From: Gammaproteobacteria bacterium
Lineage (GTDB): Bacteria > Pseudomonadota > Gammaproteobacteria > SZUA-140
Direction: 5' to 3'
Length of the DNA: 64,000 bases
Assembly (NCBI GenBank): GCA_046754065.1
Contig: JBHHVB010000007.1
Span: forward strand, 6,881 to 70,880
Position numbers and translations under genes: made by a program
Notes under the pieces: generated by a model
What the model was told of the DNA's origin: nothing
The model's database searches: none
What the model saw: the letters and a program-made list of their open reading frames with translations, nothing else
Shown here: one piece after another, positions 30,811-41,824 of the stretch
How positions within the stretch are numbered: position 1 is the first letter of the stretch
How the letters are laid out: each line of letters opens with the position of its first letter

Positions 30811-31812
30811 ATGAGTGAAACATCCCCCCTGGTCGAAGCACAAGAGCAATTTATTGCAGCCGTTCCATTTCGAAGCACAGGCTCAGAAATCGTCAGCCTG
30901 GCGGATGCCTGTGGCCGCACCTTATACCGCGATATTAAATCACCCACCGCATTGCCCCCGTATAATCGGGCAATTGTCGAGGGTTTTCTGGTGCGAACCG
31001 AGGATACGGCTGATGCGAGTGAAGAATCAAAAACAGGTTTTACCATTATCGGCAAGGTCAACCCGGGAGATGCTGAATGTGGAAACCCTGAGCCTGGCCA
31101 GGCAATCCAGGTAGTAACAGGCAGTCTTGTCCCTGATGGCCCGTATTCGATCGTAAGAATGTGGGAAGCCGATATTGATAACGATCATTTTTCAATCTCG
31201 CGTCCATTTCCACCGCGTTTTTTCATTGAAGACAAAGGATGCGATCTGGAACTTGACGCCACTGCCATTACTGCAGGCGCTATCATCACCCCTCAATCGA
31301 TTGGGACCATCGCGTCAATGGGTTTAAATGAAGTTGAATTATCAAAAAAACCAGTCGTTACTGTCTTCGCCTCGGGGGATGAACTGGTCCCTTACACCGA
31401 TCCGGTAACACCCGGCACGATGAGAGATAGTAATTCGATCATGCTGGCTTCAGCAATTAATGCGAACGGTGCAACAGCAAAGATAGCCGGCATTATGAGT
31501 GATGACTTTGAGCAATTTTCATCTGAATTGGGTGAGTCCCTGTCCCGATCGGACATGGTAGTCATCTCGGGAGGGACTGCCGTTGGCGGGCGTGATTTTA
31601 TATCTGATCTGGTTAAGGGAGCTGGCCAAGTCATTGTAGACGGTGTCCCGATGCGTTCAGGTCGCCCGTTGATTATGGGTGTTAGTGACAACAAACCCAT
31701 TGTATGTGTCGCTGGTCACCCGCCAGAAGCACTCCGAGGATTCAATTTATTTGGTGTCGCTGCGATCAACAAACTACTGGGAAACCACAAACCACTACCT
31801 GCTGACGATTGA
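30811..31812 (+). CDS. MoeA-family molybdopterin-binding protein, short form (lacks C-terminal domain)
   Basis: MoeA N-terminal domain plus MoCF-biosynthesis domain (TVFASGDELVPYTD, ISGGTAVGGRDF). At 333 aa it is about 70 aa shorter than canonical MoeA. Confidence 0.65.
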   Translation: MSETSPLVEAQEQFIAAVPFRSTGSEIVSLADACGRTLYRDIKSPTALPPYNRAIVEGFLVRTEDTADASEESKTGFTIIGKVNPGDAECGNPEPGQAIQVVTGSLVPDGPYSIVRMWEADIDNDHFSISRPFPPRFFIEDKGCDLELDATAITAGAIITPQSIGTIASMGLNEVELSKKPVVTVFASGDELVPYTDPVTPGTMRDSNSIMLASAINANGATAKIAGIMSDDFEQFSSELGESLSRSDMVVISGGTAVGGRDFISDLVKGAGQVIVDGVPMRSGRPLIMGVSDNKPIVCVAGHPPEALRGFNLFGVAAINKLLGNHKPLPADD

Positions 31813-31819
31813 TACGCTG

Positions 31820-32860
31820 GTGCAATCTATAACGCTCACACGACCGGATGACTGGCACGTACATTTACGTGATGGCCCACTGCTTGGCTTGACGGTTAAA
31901 CACTGCGCCCAGCGATTCGCTCGCGCCATTGTCATGCCGAACCTGGCAGACCCGGTAACGGCGACCATCAAGGCGCTTCAATACAGAGAACGTATCATTG
32001 CTTCGATACCTGAAGGTCTATCGTTTACTCCATTAATGACACTTTATCTAACGGACAATACAACGGCAAAAGAAATTAAAACTGCCAGGGATAGTGGCTA
32101 TATTAAGGCCGTGAAATTATATCCCTCTGGTGCCACAACCAATTCAAACTCAGGTGTAACCAGCATCGACAAGGTACTTAAAGCCATTGCAGCTATTGAA
32201 GAAAACAACCTGTTACTGCTTATACATGGTGAGGTAACCGATGATAAAACCGATGTCTTCGACCGGGAAAAGGTATTTATTGATAAAATCCTGGCTCCGC
32301 TGATTGATAGATTCCCGGGGCTGCGCATCGTACTGGAACATATTACGACAAAAGACGCCGTTGAGTTTGTCTCGTCAGCGCCGTCAACCGTTGCCGGAAC
32401 CATTACCCCTCATCATCTTTTGCTAAACCGGAATGCTATTCTTGTTGGTGGTATACACCCTCACTATTATTGCTTGCCTGTTCTCAAGCGTGAGTCCCAT
32501 CGCGAAGCGTTAATTTCTGCTGCCACCAGCGGTAATCCCAAATTTTTTCTGGGCACTGATAGCGCCCCACATGATGTAAGCAGAAAAGAATCGGCTTGCG
32601 GCTGCGCGGGTATTTATTCTTCTCATGCAGCATTAGAACTCTATGCAGAGGTATTTGACCAGGTTGGAAAACTCGACAAACTGGAGGCTTTTGCCAGCCA
32701 CTTTGGCGCTGATTTTTATGGCTTACCCAGAAACACCGATGAAATCACTCTAACCAGAAAAGACTGGTCTGTTTCTGAAGAACTTTCGTTTGAAACGGGT
32801 AAAATAGTCCCATTTCGCAGCAATGAACTGATTCATTGGCAACTCGACCTATCAGATTAG
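31820..32860 (+). CDS. pyrC: Dihydroorotase, class II
   Basis: [35 protein letters not shown] and CGCAG are collinear with E. coli PyrC. The track ORF starts at 31679 and overlaps the upstream gene by 134 nt. The start was placed at in-frame GTG 31820 (9 aa before RPDDW). No clear SD, so the start is uncertain. Confidence 0.85.
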   Translation: MQSITLTRPDDWHVHLRDGPLLGLTVKHCAQRFARAIVMPNLADPVTATIKALQYRERIIASIPEGLSFTPLMTLYLTDNTTAKEIKTARDSGYIKAVKLYPSGATTNSNSGVTSIDKVLKAIAAIEENNLLLLIHGEVTDDKTDVFDREKVFIDKILAPLIDRFPGLRIVLEHITTKDAVEFVSSAPSTVAGTITPHHLLLNRNAILVGGIHPHYYCLPVLKRESHREALISAATSGNPKFFLGTDSAPHDVSRKESACGCAGIYSSHAALELYAEVFDQVGKLDKLEAFASHFGADFYGLPRNTDEITLTRKDWSVSEELSFETGKIVPFRSNELIHWQLDLSD

Positions 32861-32913
32861 ACGTTAACCATGACCCAAATACCAGACCAGTTAATGCCAC
32901 AAGCAACAAACGA

Positions 32914-33534
32914 ATGAATGGAAACAGTTTATTTGCTTCACGTTTTCGGGGTTATCTGCCCGTAGTTATCGATGTAGAAACTGCAGGTTTTAATCCTCAA
33001 ACCGACGCGTTACTGGAAATGGCAGTGGTAACGATCGACATGAGCGACGAAGGGTATCTAACACCCGCAGAGACCCATGCACACCATATTATTCCTTTTG
33101 AAGGCGCAAATCTTGAGCCTAAAGCCCTGGCCTTTAACGGGATAGACCCCTATCACCCGTTAAGAAATGCGATCGACGAAAAAACAGCGCTCAATTCTCT
33201 GTTTCGAGTGATTCGCAATAAAGTAAGACATTTTGAATGCAATCGGGCAATTCTGGTGGGGCATAACGCCTCATTTGACCTGAGTTTTGTTAATGCTGCG
33301 GCCAATCGTGCCGATATAAAACGAAACCCCCTACATCCATTCAGTAGTTTTGATACTGCAACACTGGGGGGAGTGGCATTTGGCCAGACAGTGCTCGCGA
33401 AAGCGCTGGCTGTTGCTGGCATCGACTGGAATAATGAACTGGCTCATTCCGCAATTTATGATGCCGAGAGAACAGCAGAATTATTCTGTCAAATTGTCAA
33501 TCAGTGGGATAGCTATAGAAAGATGACTGATTGA
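32914..33534 (+). CDS. rnt: Ribonuclease T
   Basis: [36 protein letters not shown] and [15 protein letters not shown] (DEDDh exonuclease) are collinear with E. coli RNase T. Start at ATG 32914. Confidence 0.88.
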   Translation: MNGNSLFASRFRGYLPVVIDVETAGFNPQTDALLEMAVVTIDMSDEGYLTPAETHAHHIIPFEGANLEPKALAFNGIDPYHPLRNAIDEKTALNSLFRVIRNKVRHFECNRAILVGHNASFDLSFVNAAANRADIKRNPLHPFSSFDTATLGGVAFGQTVLAKALAVAGIDWNNELAHSAIYDAERTAELFCQIVNQWDSYRKMTD

Positions 33535-33563
33535 CTTGCAATACAACGGGTCTACATATTGTC

Positions 33564-34517
33564 ATGACAGCAAAACCTGATTTATCCATCATCGTGGCAG
33601 ACGATGTTGAACTAACGCGTGCAATCATCAAGTCTGCGCTCACCAAGGCTGGGTACCAGGATGTTCGGCTAGCTGAAGATGCTGACCAGGTTCTGGTACA
33701 AATCAATGAGCGTCGGGCAGATATTATTCTCGCTGACTGGGTGATGCCGGAAATGGATGGCCTTGAACTCACAAACTGTGTCAGGCAACATGATGAAGAT
33801 GCCAATCATTACACATCCATCATCCTCATAACGTCAAAGGATGGTATGGACCACCTGGTTGAGGCATTCGACCACGGCGTTGACGATTACCTCCAAAAAC
33901 CGATTAACGAAAGAGAACTTGCTGCCAGGGTCTACGCAGCAGGTCGATCAGCCACGCTACAAAACACGCTACTGGAAACAACCCAGGCCCTGGAATACAG
34001 CAATCGGCAGTTACAGGAACTTGCGACCACAGACCCGTTAACGGGCCTGGGCAATAGACGTCATATTGTGCAGAATTTAACCGCTGTATTACACGACACC
34101 GAAGCGCGTGGCGGGATGGTTGCTTGCCTTAGCCTGGATCTCGATAATTTCAAGGACATTAACGATAACTTCGGCCACCAGGTCGGGGATGAGGTGCTCG
34201 TCGGTTTGGCCAGACGCCTGCGCAGGGCGATAAGACCAACAGACACCATTGGTCGCATGGGCGGAGAAGAATTTTGTATCGTGATGTACTTCATGGATCC
34301 GGCACACTGTAAACCAGGCATCTTCGACAGAATTCTTACCTCAATCAGTAAACGCCCCTTCCAGACATCTGCTGGAGAAATGGCGATTACCGCCTCAATT
34401 GGTGTAAGCTATTTCGATAGTAAAGAACATAACGATCCGCTGGAAGGTGTACTAAAAAAAGCGGATGACAAACTTTATCAGGCAAAGGCGTCGGGACGTA
34501 ATATTGTCATTTCCTAA
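33564..34517 (+). CDS. Response regulator with receiver domain and GGDEF diguanylate cyclase domain
   Basis: Receiver (IIVADDVELTRAI...ADWVMPEMDGLEL, with the phospho-acceptor Asp in ILADW). GGDEF domain with I-site RPTD and active-site GGEEF (RMGGEEFCIVM). Confidence 0.88.
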   Translation: MTAKPDLSIIVADDVELTRAIIKSALTKAGYQDVRLAEDADQVLVQINERRADIILADWVMPEMDGLELTNCVRQHDEDANHYTSIILITSKDGMDHLVEAFDHGVDDYLQKPINERELAARVYAAGRSATLQNTLLETTQALEYSNRQLQELATTDPLTGLGNRRHIVQNLTAVLHDTEARGGMVACLSLDLDNFKDINDNFGHQVGDEVLVGLARRLRRAIRPTDTIGRMGGEEFCIVMYFMDPAHCKPGIFDRILTSISKRPFQTSAGEMAITASIGVSYFDSKEHNDPLEGVLKKADDKLYQAKASGRNIVIS

Positions 34518-34537
34518 CCGATTGTTCAGGGCTACAA

Positions 34538-34867
34538 TCAAAGGACTTCCTGCTGCATTGCACTCTTCACCATTTGCTGCAGTTCACCTTGCTGGTATAA
34601 CTCCATGACAATATCGCAACCACCAATAAGATCGCCATTAATGTACAATTGCGGAAATGTGGGCCAATTCGCATATCGAGGAAGATTTTCACGTAATTCG
34701 GGATCTGCCAATACATTAAAATGCGCAAATTCAGCGCCGCACGCCTGAAGCGCCTGGGCCGTGTGACTGGAAAAACCACACTGTGGAAACTGAGGGGTGC
34801 CTTTCATATATAATACGATTGGCGCACTTTCTATTTGCTGCTTAATTTTTTCCATCACATCCATCAA
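34538..34867 (-). CDS. grxD: Monothiol glutaredoxin Grx4
   Basis: CGFS active site (PQFPQCGFSSHTAQAL) and collinearity with E. coli GrxD. Confidence 0.9.
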   Translation of the reverse strand: MMDVMEKIKQQIESAPIVLYMKGTPQFPQCGFSSHTAQALQACGAEFAHFNVLADPELRENLPRYANWPTFPQLYINGDLIGGCDIVMELYQQGELQQMVKSAMQQEVL

Positions 34868-34969
34868 CTCTACCTCAACATATTAATCAGTGTATAAATA
34901 TTCCATTATACACCTAATTCCTGACTAAATGAATAGGGAATTATTGGTGCAGATGTTCATCGACCTGGA

Positions 34970-36538
34970 TTACTCCATTTTCCCTGGTTTTATATTCGCG
35001 CTACCCCACCCACCACCACCGGGTGTATAAATCGCCAAACGTTCGCCTTTCTTGACACTGAAACTAACCTTCGGTGGCACAATTTCTCCGGAATACACAT
35101 TTTTGCCCGGTAATCCGGGTTTCCCTCCGTTGAGACCCCAGGGTGCATGCAGGCGTCTTTCCGTCAGCAACGTAACTGAACTGTCCGCTAAAAATTCAAA
35201 CTCTCTTTTCAATCCTTTGCCGCCGCAATGAATACCCGTACCCGCAGAATTCTGCCGAATGGAATACTCGGTGACTCTTAATGGGTAGACCATTTCAACG
35301 GTTTCTACCGGTGTATTCCGTGTATTGGTCATATGGGTTTGTACCGCGTCAAGTCCATCTGATAATGGACCACCGCCCATTCCACCACCCAGTGTTTCGT
35401 AATAATCCCAATTTTCACCCTGGCTGGTTCCCCCCATTGCAATATTATTCATGCTGCCCTGACTCGCTGCAGGAACCAGAGTGGGAATGGCCTGCGCCAG
35501 TGCGCCCATGACTACATCGACAATGCGTGTGCTTGTCTCCACATTTCCCGCTGCGACCGCCGCCGGGTACCTTGCATTTAATAAAGAACCCTCCGGAGCA
35601 GAAATCTCTATTGACCGAAAACTCCCCGCACACGCTGGCGTCTCAGCGGGCATCAGGCATCGAAAAACGTAGAAAACAGCTGCCGCTGCGACTGACAGAG
35701 GGCAATTAATATTACCGGTAACCTGTAACGAAGTGCCTTCAAAATTGACATCAATACTACCTTGTATAACCTTCAAGTTAGCCTTTATGACGATATCAAC
35801 CGATCCGACCCCATCATCGTCCATAACATCTGAAAATTGATATTCTCCATCCGGAAGAATCGCCAAACCAGATAGCGCCATTCGTTCAGCATAATGATCC
35901 AATTCGATGAGCCCCAGCCTGTATTGATTGATGCTCATACTGCTTACCAGATCCTTTAAACGAGCCTCACCGCAGCGATTTGCGCTCATTTGGGCAGCAT
36001 AGTCTCCATAACACTGGAATTTATTTCTTGTCGCACCGGTAATGGACGCAAGCAAATCTTCGTCCAACACACCCTGTTTAACAATCAATGTCGGGGATAT
36101 GATGATCCCTTCTTCTTGCAGTGTTTGGGATATCGGCATAGAGCCAGGGGAAATCGCGCCTATATCCGCGTGGTGCGCACGATTCGCAACAAAACCGCTT
36201 AATTCATCATCAACAAAAACTGGCGATATCAGCGTTACGTCAGGAAGATGTGTTCCGCCGAGATAGGGATTGTTCACTATCAACATATCACCATCGTGCC
36301 AGGACACTTTTTCCACAATATCCCGCATGGCAAATGCCATGCTGCCAAGATGGACTGGAATGTGAGCTGCCTGGGCACAAAGTGATCCATCAACGTCAAA
36401 GACGGCACAGGAGTAATCCAGTCGATCTTTGATATTTGGCGATAAGGCTGCACGCTTTAATGTGGCACCCATTTCATCGCATACAGCCGTCAATCGACTG
36501 GAAAAAACACCTAATTCTATAGCATCCATATTAACCAT
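34970..36538 (-). CDS. Hydantoinase B / oxoprolinase (HyuB) family protein
   Basis: Full-length HyuB-family similarity (MVNMDAIELGVFSSRLTAVCDEMGATLKRAALSPNIKDRLDYSCAVFD...). Start set at ATG 36538; the track ORF begins 73 codons upstream. No hyuA-like partner in the window. Confidence 0.75.
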   Translation of the reverse strand: MVNMDAIELGVFSSRLTAVCDEMGATLKRAALSPNIKDRLDYSCAVFDVDGSLCAQAAHIPVHLGSMAFAMRDIVEKVSWHDGDMLIVNNPYLGGTHLPDVTLISPVFVDDELSGFVANRAHHADIGAISPGSMPISQTLQEEGIIISPTLIVKQGVLDEDLLASITGATRNKFQCYGDYAAQMSANRCGEARLKDLVSSMSINQYRLGLIELDHYAERMALSGLAILPDGEYQFSDVMDDDGVGSVDIVIKANLKVIQGSIDVNFEGTSLQVTGNINCPLSVAAAAVFYVFRCLMPAETPACAGSFRSIEISAPEGSLLNARYPAAVAAGNVETSTRIVDVVMGALAQAIPTLVPAASQGSMNNIAMGGTSQGENWDYYETLGGGMGGGPLSDGLDAVQTHMTNTRNTPVETVEMVYPLRVTEYSIRQNSAGTGIHCGGKGLKREFEFLADSSVTLLTERRLHAPWGLNGGKPGLPGKNVYSGEIVPPKVSFSVKKGERLAIYTPGGGGWGSANIKPGKME

Positions 36539-36687
36539 TATATTTTCGGGGAAAAATGAAAAAACCCGTAAACTGCTCGTCCCACCGCTTTTCCCTTGCA
36601 TCTTGCATCCTAATTGCTGACAATTATCGGCTACAATTAACGAATAGCAAAATTTAGCCATGATATCGAACAAACAGGAGATACAAG

Positions 36688-37266
36688 ATGGAACATAAGT
36701 TACCCGAATTACCATACGCAAAAGATGCACTTGAACCCCACATCTCTGCCGAGACACTTGAATTCCATCATGGTAAACATCATCAAACTTATGTGACCAA
36801 CCTGAATAACCTCATTCCTGGTACCGAGTTTGAGAATATGTCATTGGAAGAAATTGTCAAAAACGCGTCCGGCGGTATCTTCAATAATGCTGCACAAATC
36901 TGGAATCATACTTTTTACTGGAATTGTCTGAGCCCTAATGGCGGTGGCAACCCCGAAGGCGCACTTGCGGATGCCATTAACAAGGCCTTTGGTTCTTTTG
37001 AAGATTTTAAAAAACAGTTCTCGCAAACGGCGATTACGACTTTCGGCTCCGGATGGGGGTGGCTGGTAAAAAATGCAGATGGATCTGTTGAACTAATGAG
37101 CACCAGCAACGCGGGAACACCCATGACCGAAGGGAAAACAGCATTACTGACCTGTGATGTCTGGGAACACGCTTATTATGTCGACTATCGAAATGCGAGA
37201 CCACAATACGTCGAGAATTTCTGGAACATCGTAAACTGGGATTTTGTTAGTCAGAATTACGCATAA
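36688..37266 (+). CDS. sodB: Superoxide dismutase [Fe]
   Basis: [32 protein letters not shown] and the C-terminal [11 protein letters not shown]. Confidence 0.93.
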   Translation: MEHKLPELPYAKDALEPHISAETLEFHHGKHHQTYVTNLNNLIPGTEFENMSLEEIVKNASGGIFNNAAQIWNHTFYWNCLSPNGGGNPEGALADAINKAFGSFEDFKKQFSQTAITTFGSGWGWLVKNADGSVELMSTSNAGTPMTEGKTALLTCDVWEHAYYVDYRNARPQYVENFWNIVNWDFVSQNYA

Positions 37267-37274
37267 TTCAGGTA

Positions 37275-37310
37275 CCCACGAGGAAGACAGCTTGTTTTCC
37301 TCGTGGGCCA
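37275..37310. terminator. Stem-loop downstream of sodB (no U-tract)
   Basis: cccacgagga...tcctcgtggg forms a 10-bp stem. No T-run follows on either strand, so the function is uncertain. Confidence 0.3.
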
Positions 37311-37340
37311 AAAACGCATCAGACTTTCAGGCTAGTCCCC

Positions 37341-37895
37341 ATGGATCCAGGCTGGATAATTCAAAGAATTGAATCGTATCGGCCTTATGACTCAACCGAG
37401 CATGGCTTTCATCAACAAATTTTAAAATTCATCTCGGACGAACCAGACTTTTGCGCTCGCAGCACGAAAACTGGACATATCACGGGCTCAGCCTGGGTGA
37501 CAAACGTCAACTACACGCATGCGTTATTGATTCATCATAAAAAGCTTGATCGATGGCTGCAACCCGGTGGACATGTTGAAAATGATACCAATATTCTGGA
37601 AACCGCGCTCCGGGAGGCCAAAGAGGAAACAGGTATCAACGATTTCCAGATTCCCCTGGAGAATATTTTCGACATTGATATACACACGATTCCGGCCATT
37701 AAAAAAGAGCGGGAACACTATCACTACGATGTCAGATTTCTTCTGGTTGCAGATGAATATTCTCCAATAACAATCAGTCATGAATCCAATGATTTGAAAT
37801 GGTTTTCATTAGCAGAAATATCTGCAATGAATGAGGGCCCATCAATTCAACGAATGGTTGATAAAACGTTAGCTAAATATGCGGGAATAAAATAA
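37341..37895 (+). CDS. NUDIX hydrolase
   Basis: Nudix box GGHVENDTNILETALREAKEETGI. Confidence 0.8.
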   Translation: MDPGWIIQRIESYRPYDSTEHGFHQQILKFISDEPDFCARSTKTGHITGSAWVTNVNYTHALLIHHKKLDRWLQPGGHVENDTNILETALREAKEETGINDFQIPLENIFDIDIHTIPAIKKEREHYHYDVRFLLVADEYSPITISHESNDLKWFSLAEISAMNEGPSIQRMVDKTLAKYAGIK

Positions 37896-37920
37896 TCTGG
37901 TACCTCACAACCCATGGTTA

Positions 37921-38436
37921 ATGGAAAACAACGTGTCGAACCATCTCTTATATTTTGCCTATGGCTCCAATATGCATCCCCGACGGATGAAAAAACGTGC
38001 GCCACATAGCCAATTTGTTTGTACCGCTACACTCCACAGATACAAGTTATATTTCCATAAAAAAGGTAAAGATGAATCGGGAAAATGTAACGCTTACTTT
38101 ACAGACAACCCGTTCCATCGGGTATTCGGGGTCGTTTATAGAATCAGCGCTAGCGATAAATTAGCGCTTGATAAGGTAGAGGGACTGGGGAGCGGCTATG
38201 ATGCGGCCAAAATAGACGTTTTTGCCAACAATCACTATTCGCACGTTTTCGCCTATCTTGCCAATCCCGACTATATTGATGACCAGCTAATCCCCTTTTC
38301 ATGGTATAAGCAACTTGTGATCCAGGGTGCTGGCATTCACGGATTCCCGGCAAGCTATGTCAAACGCATTCAAAATATAACTGCGATTGCCGATACCGAT
38401 GCTATCCGGGCAAGAAACCATCTGAATCACCTGTAA
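37921..38436 (+). CDS. Gamma-glutamylcyclotransferase (AIG2/GGCT)-like protein
   Basis: N-terminal LLYFAYGSNMHPRRM (YGS-x-M motif of the GGCT fold). Confidence 0.7.
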   Translation: MENNVSNHLLYFAYGSNMHPRRMKKRAPHSQFVCTATLHRYKLYFHKKGKDESGKCNAYFTDNPFHRVFGVVYRISASDKLALDKVEGLGSGYDAAKIDVFANNHYSHVFAYLANPDYIDDQLIPFSWYKQLVIQGAGIHGFPASYVKRIQNITAIADTDAIRARNHLNHL

Positions 38437-38538
38437 TTCAGGGTTAATGCGTAAATTCCCCAATCCGGAGTTTGACTGTGGTTTTTTTCCGTTATAATTG
38501 ATCGTTTCACAAAAATTGAGTGCTAACCAGGAAAAGCG

Positions 38539-39702
38539 ATGCAGGAACATTTAATGACAACCTATGCCAGATTACCCGTTGAATTTGTTCGCGGTGAAGG
38601 TTGTTGGTTATGGGATAGCAACAATAACAAATACCTCGATGCCTTGAGCGGAATCGGGGTTTGTGGTTTGGGGCACGCACATCCATCGGTATCAGATGCA
38701 GTCTGCAAACAAGCCAAAACGCTCGTCCATACTTCGAATCTGTACCAAATTCCTCTCCAGCGCCAATTGGCCTCCGAGCTTTCTCGCATCACCGATATGG
38801 AGAATGCGTTTATTTGCAATTCCGGAGCGGAAGCCGTTGAGGCCGCAATAAAGCTGGCAAGATTACATGGACATAATAAGGGTATTCACGAACCCGTTAT
38901 CATCGTCGCGGACAACAGTTTTCATGGCAGAACAATGGCAACATTATCTGCGAGTGGCAATCGCAAGGTTCAGGCCGGGTTTGAGCCGCTGGTTACCGGC
39001 TTTATCAGGGTTGCCTATAACGACGTCAAGGCATTGGAGAATATTGTCAGCAATACCTCCAGTGTCGCGGCAATATTGATAGAACCAATTCAGGGTGAGG
39101 GTGGTATCAATGTTCCATCTCCGGCATACCTTAATGCTGTAAGAGATATTTGTGATGATAATGATTGGCTAATGATGCTTGATGAAATTCAAACCGGCAT
39201 GTGTCGTACTGGCAAGTGGCTTGCCTACCAACACAATGGAATTACACCCGATGTCATCACGCTTGCCAAGGGGCTGGCTAATGGTCTGCCCATTGGCGCG
39301 TGCATGGCCAATGGTCCCGCGGCCTCGCTGTTTAATCCAGGCAATCACGGCTCCACATTTGGAGGAAATCCCCTAGTTTGCAGCGCAGCATTAGCAACTA
39401 TTGAATCGCTTGAAAACGAATCTCTTGCTGAAAATGCTGCCGCTCAGGGACAGTACCTTCTCAAAGGCATCAGCGAGGCCACGAAAAACATCCCCATTGT
39501 CAAGGAAGTTCGCGGTAGTGGGTTGATGATAGGTATCGAGCTCAACTCCCGTAGCACTGACCTGATTCAGATGGCACTGGCACAAAGGTTGCTCATTAGC
39601 ATTCAGGCAGAGAAGGTGATTCGCCTGTTACCACCTCTCATTCTTAACCGGGAGGAAGCGGATCTGATCATTGAAAAAATCACCGTACTTCTTACCAACT
39701 AA
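38539..39702 (+). CDS. argD: Acetylornithine aminotransferase
   Basis: Class III PLP aminotransferase (DEIQTGMCRTGKWLAYQH, TLAKGLANGLPIGA) collinear with ArgD. Adjacent to argF. Confidence 0.88.
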   Translation: MQEHLMTTYARLPVEFVRGEGCWLWDSNNNKYLDALSGIGVCGLGHAHPSVSDAVCKQAKTLVHTSNLYQIPLQRQLASELSRITDMENAFICNSGAEAVEAAIKLARLHGHNKGIHEPVIIVADNSFHGRTMATLSASGNRKVQAGFEPLVTGFIRVAYNDVKALENIVSNTSSVAAILIEPIQGEGGINVPSPAYLNAVRDICDDNDWLMMLDEIQTGMCRTGKWLAYQHNGITPDVITLAKGLANGLPIGACMANGPAASLFNPGNHGSTFGGNPLVCSAALATIESLENESLAENAAAQGQYLLKGISEATKNIPIVKEVRGSGLMIGIELNSRSTDLIQMALAQRLLISIQAEKVIRLLPPLILNREEADLIIEKITVLLTN

Positions 39703-39755
39703 CAGGATTTTCAGCGATACTGAATAGTCCGGAACAATAAAGTTTAGCCAGACCT

Positions 39756-40676
39756 ATGAAAAAAGCGCGTCATTTCCTAACCCTGCTGGACCTCACTGCC
39801 GGAGAACTCGATCGACTGATTGTCAGGGGATGCGAACTAAAGAAACTTCACGCTGAAAATGAGATCTACGAACCATTAAAGAACAAAGTACTAGGCATGG
39901 TCTTTGAAAAGTCCTCGACTCGCACTCGCGTATCTTTCGAGACCGGCATGATACAGTTTGGCGGAGACGCAATTTTTTTATCGCCACGCGACACCCAGTT
40001 AGGCCGCGGTGAACCCATTGAGGATTCCGCGAAGGTTCTGTCTCGTATGGTTGATATCATCATGATCCGTACTTATGCTCATCAGTCTCTGGTAACCTTT
40101 TCCGATAACGCCAATGTACCGGTTATCAATGGCCTGTCGGATATGTATCACCCGTGTCAATTGCTTGCTGATATGCAAACTTATTACGAACACAGGGGTG
40201 ATATCAGGGCAAAAACCGTCACATGGATCGGTGATGGTAATAATATGTGTCACTCGTACGTCAATGCAGCCCGCCAGTATGGATTTCATTTAAATATCGC
40301 TTCTCCCGCTGGTTTCGAACCCGACGACGCTGTAATCAACAACAATTCAGATATTGTCTCATTAAGCCGGAATCCGCTAGAGGCTGCCGACGGCGCCGAT
40401 TTGATTGTCACTGATGTCTGGGCAAGCATGGGACAGGAAGATGAATCTACAGAACGGGCCAGAGCCTTTCAGGCATTTCAGGTCGATAAAAAGGTTATGG
40501 CAGCAGCAGATAAAAATGCACTTTTTATGCACTGTTTGCCCGCTCATCGTGGCGAGGAAGTCAGCGCCGATGTAATAGACGGCCCACAAAGCGTCGTCTG
40601 GGATGAGGCCGAAAACAGGCTTCACGCGCAGAAGGCACTTTTGGAACATCTCTTGAAGCCGAATCAAACCGTTTAG
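39756..40676 (+). CDS. argF: Ornithine carbamoyltransferase
   Basis: STRTRVSFE carbamoyl-phosphate motif, and [11 protein letters not shown]. Confidence 0.92.
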   Translation: MKKARHFLTLLDLTAGELDRLIVRGCELKKLHAENEIYEPLKNKVLGMVFEKSSTRTRVSFETGMIQFGGDAIFLSPRDTQLGRGEPIEDSAKVLSRMVDIIMIRTYAHQSLVTFSDNANVPVINGLSDMYHPCQLLADMQTYYEHRGDIRAKTVTWIGDGNNMCHSYVNAARQYGFHLNIASPAGFEPDDAVINNNSDIVSLSRNPLEAADGADLIVTDVWASMGQEDESTERARAFQAFQVDKKVMAAADKNALFMHCLPAHRGEEVSADVIDGPQSVVWDEAENRLHAQKALLEHLLKPNQTV

Positions 40677-40682
40677 ATACCC

Positions 40683-41732
40683 ATGACGAGCACAATTCTT
40701 GAATTAAAAGAGCTTGGGTGCGAATACGAAAAACTGGTAGTCGTCAATAACTTATCGTTACATGTCAGAAAAGGCATGTTCGTCTGTTTATTGGGCCCTA
40801 GCGGCTGCGGCAAAACGACGGTACTTCGGGCTATCGCGGGTTTCGAACCGATTACCCACGGCGAAATCAAGCTTCAGGATCAGATCATTTCCAAACCCGG
40901 TTATACGTTACCTCCAGAAAAACGTCATCTTGGTATGGTCTTCCAGGACTACGCACTGTTCCCGCATATGACTGTCGCGGACAATATAGGCTTCGGCTTA
41001 CGTGGAATGCAGCGAAAAGAAAAAAATACCGTCTGCGAAGATTTACTGCAAACTGTTGGCCTTGAAGGATTTGAGAAGCGCTTTCCGCATGAGCTCTCTG
41101 GTGGTCAGCAACAACGCGTAGCGTTGGCACGCTCACTCGCTGCCAAACCCCGGCTGGTATTGCTCGATGAGCCCTTCTCGAACCTTGATATCGAACTGCG
41201 CGAACGACTGGGGCAGGATGTACGCGATATCCTCAAGTCACAGGGAATTACGGCTGTGCTGGTTACACACGATCAACAGGAGGCGTTTGCACTGGGAGAC
41301 ATGGTTGGCATTATGCACCAGGGGAAAATTGTCCAATGGGACACACCGTTTAATCTTTACCATGAACCCGCTGAGCGATTTGTCGCCGACTTCATCGGCC
41401 AAGGCATATTTCTAAACGGCAGGATGCTTTCACCAGAATCCGTTGAAACCGAACTGGGAATAATCCAGGGAGACAGAGCCTACCCCTTACAACAGGGAGA
41501 TAAAGTCGATGTTCTTATCCGACCGGATGACATCGTGCCGGATATGCGCAGTCTTTTGCGTGGCGAGATCATTCAAAAGGCATTCAAGGGCGCGGAAATT
41601 ATGTACACACTAAGACTCCCCACGGGAAGCAAATTATTATCACTTTTTCCAAGTCATTATGACCACAAAATCGGGGAACAGGTAGGGATAAGGGTAGCGG
41701 CAGACCATCTGGTGATATTCCCCAACCGATAA
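40683..41732 (+). CDS. ABC transporter ATP-binding protein (PotA/FbpC type with C-terminal TOBE domain), orphan
   Basis: Walker A GPSGCGKTT, signature LSGGQQQRVALAR and Walker B LLDEPFSNLD. No adjacent permease or binding-protein gene. Confidence 0.85.
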   Translation: MTSTILELKELGCEYEKLVVVNNLSLHVRKGMFVCLLGPSGCGKTTVLRAIAGFEPITHGEIKLQDQIISKPGYTLPPEKRHLGMVFQDYALFPHMTVADNIGFGLRGMQRKEKNTVCEDLLQTVGLEGFEKRFPHELSGGQQQRVALARSLAAKPRLVLLDEPFSNLDIELRERLGQDVRDILKSQGITAVLVTHDQQEAFALGDMVGIMHQGKIVQWDTPFNLYHEPAERFVADFIGQGIFLNGRMLSPESVETELGIIQGDRAYPLQQGDKVDVLIRPDDIVPDMRSLLRGEIIQKAFKGAEIMYTLRLPTGSKLLSLFPSHYDHKIGEQVGIRVAADHLVIFPNR

Positions 41733-41773
41733 TCAATCTCGGGCCGAAACAAGCTTCACATTTGTACCAAAAC

Positions 41774-41812
41774 AAAAGAGCAAGCCAAACGGAATCTGGC
41801 TTGCTCTTTTCA
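41774..41812. terminator. Bidirectional rho-independent terminator between convergent genes
   Basis: aaaagagcaagcc-aaacggaatct-ggcttgctctttt forms a 10-11 bp stem flanked by an A-tract and a T-tract. Confidence 0.65.
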
Positions 41813-41824
41813 AAATAATTAATC

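Noticed and set aside
37341-38436. NUDIX + GGCT-like pair as a possible defence or toxin-antitoxin module
   Set aside because: Both are common housekeeping-type small enzymes. There are no associated nuclease, ATPase, TIR or effector domains and no mobile-element context. There is insufficient evidence for a defence role.
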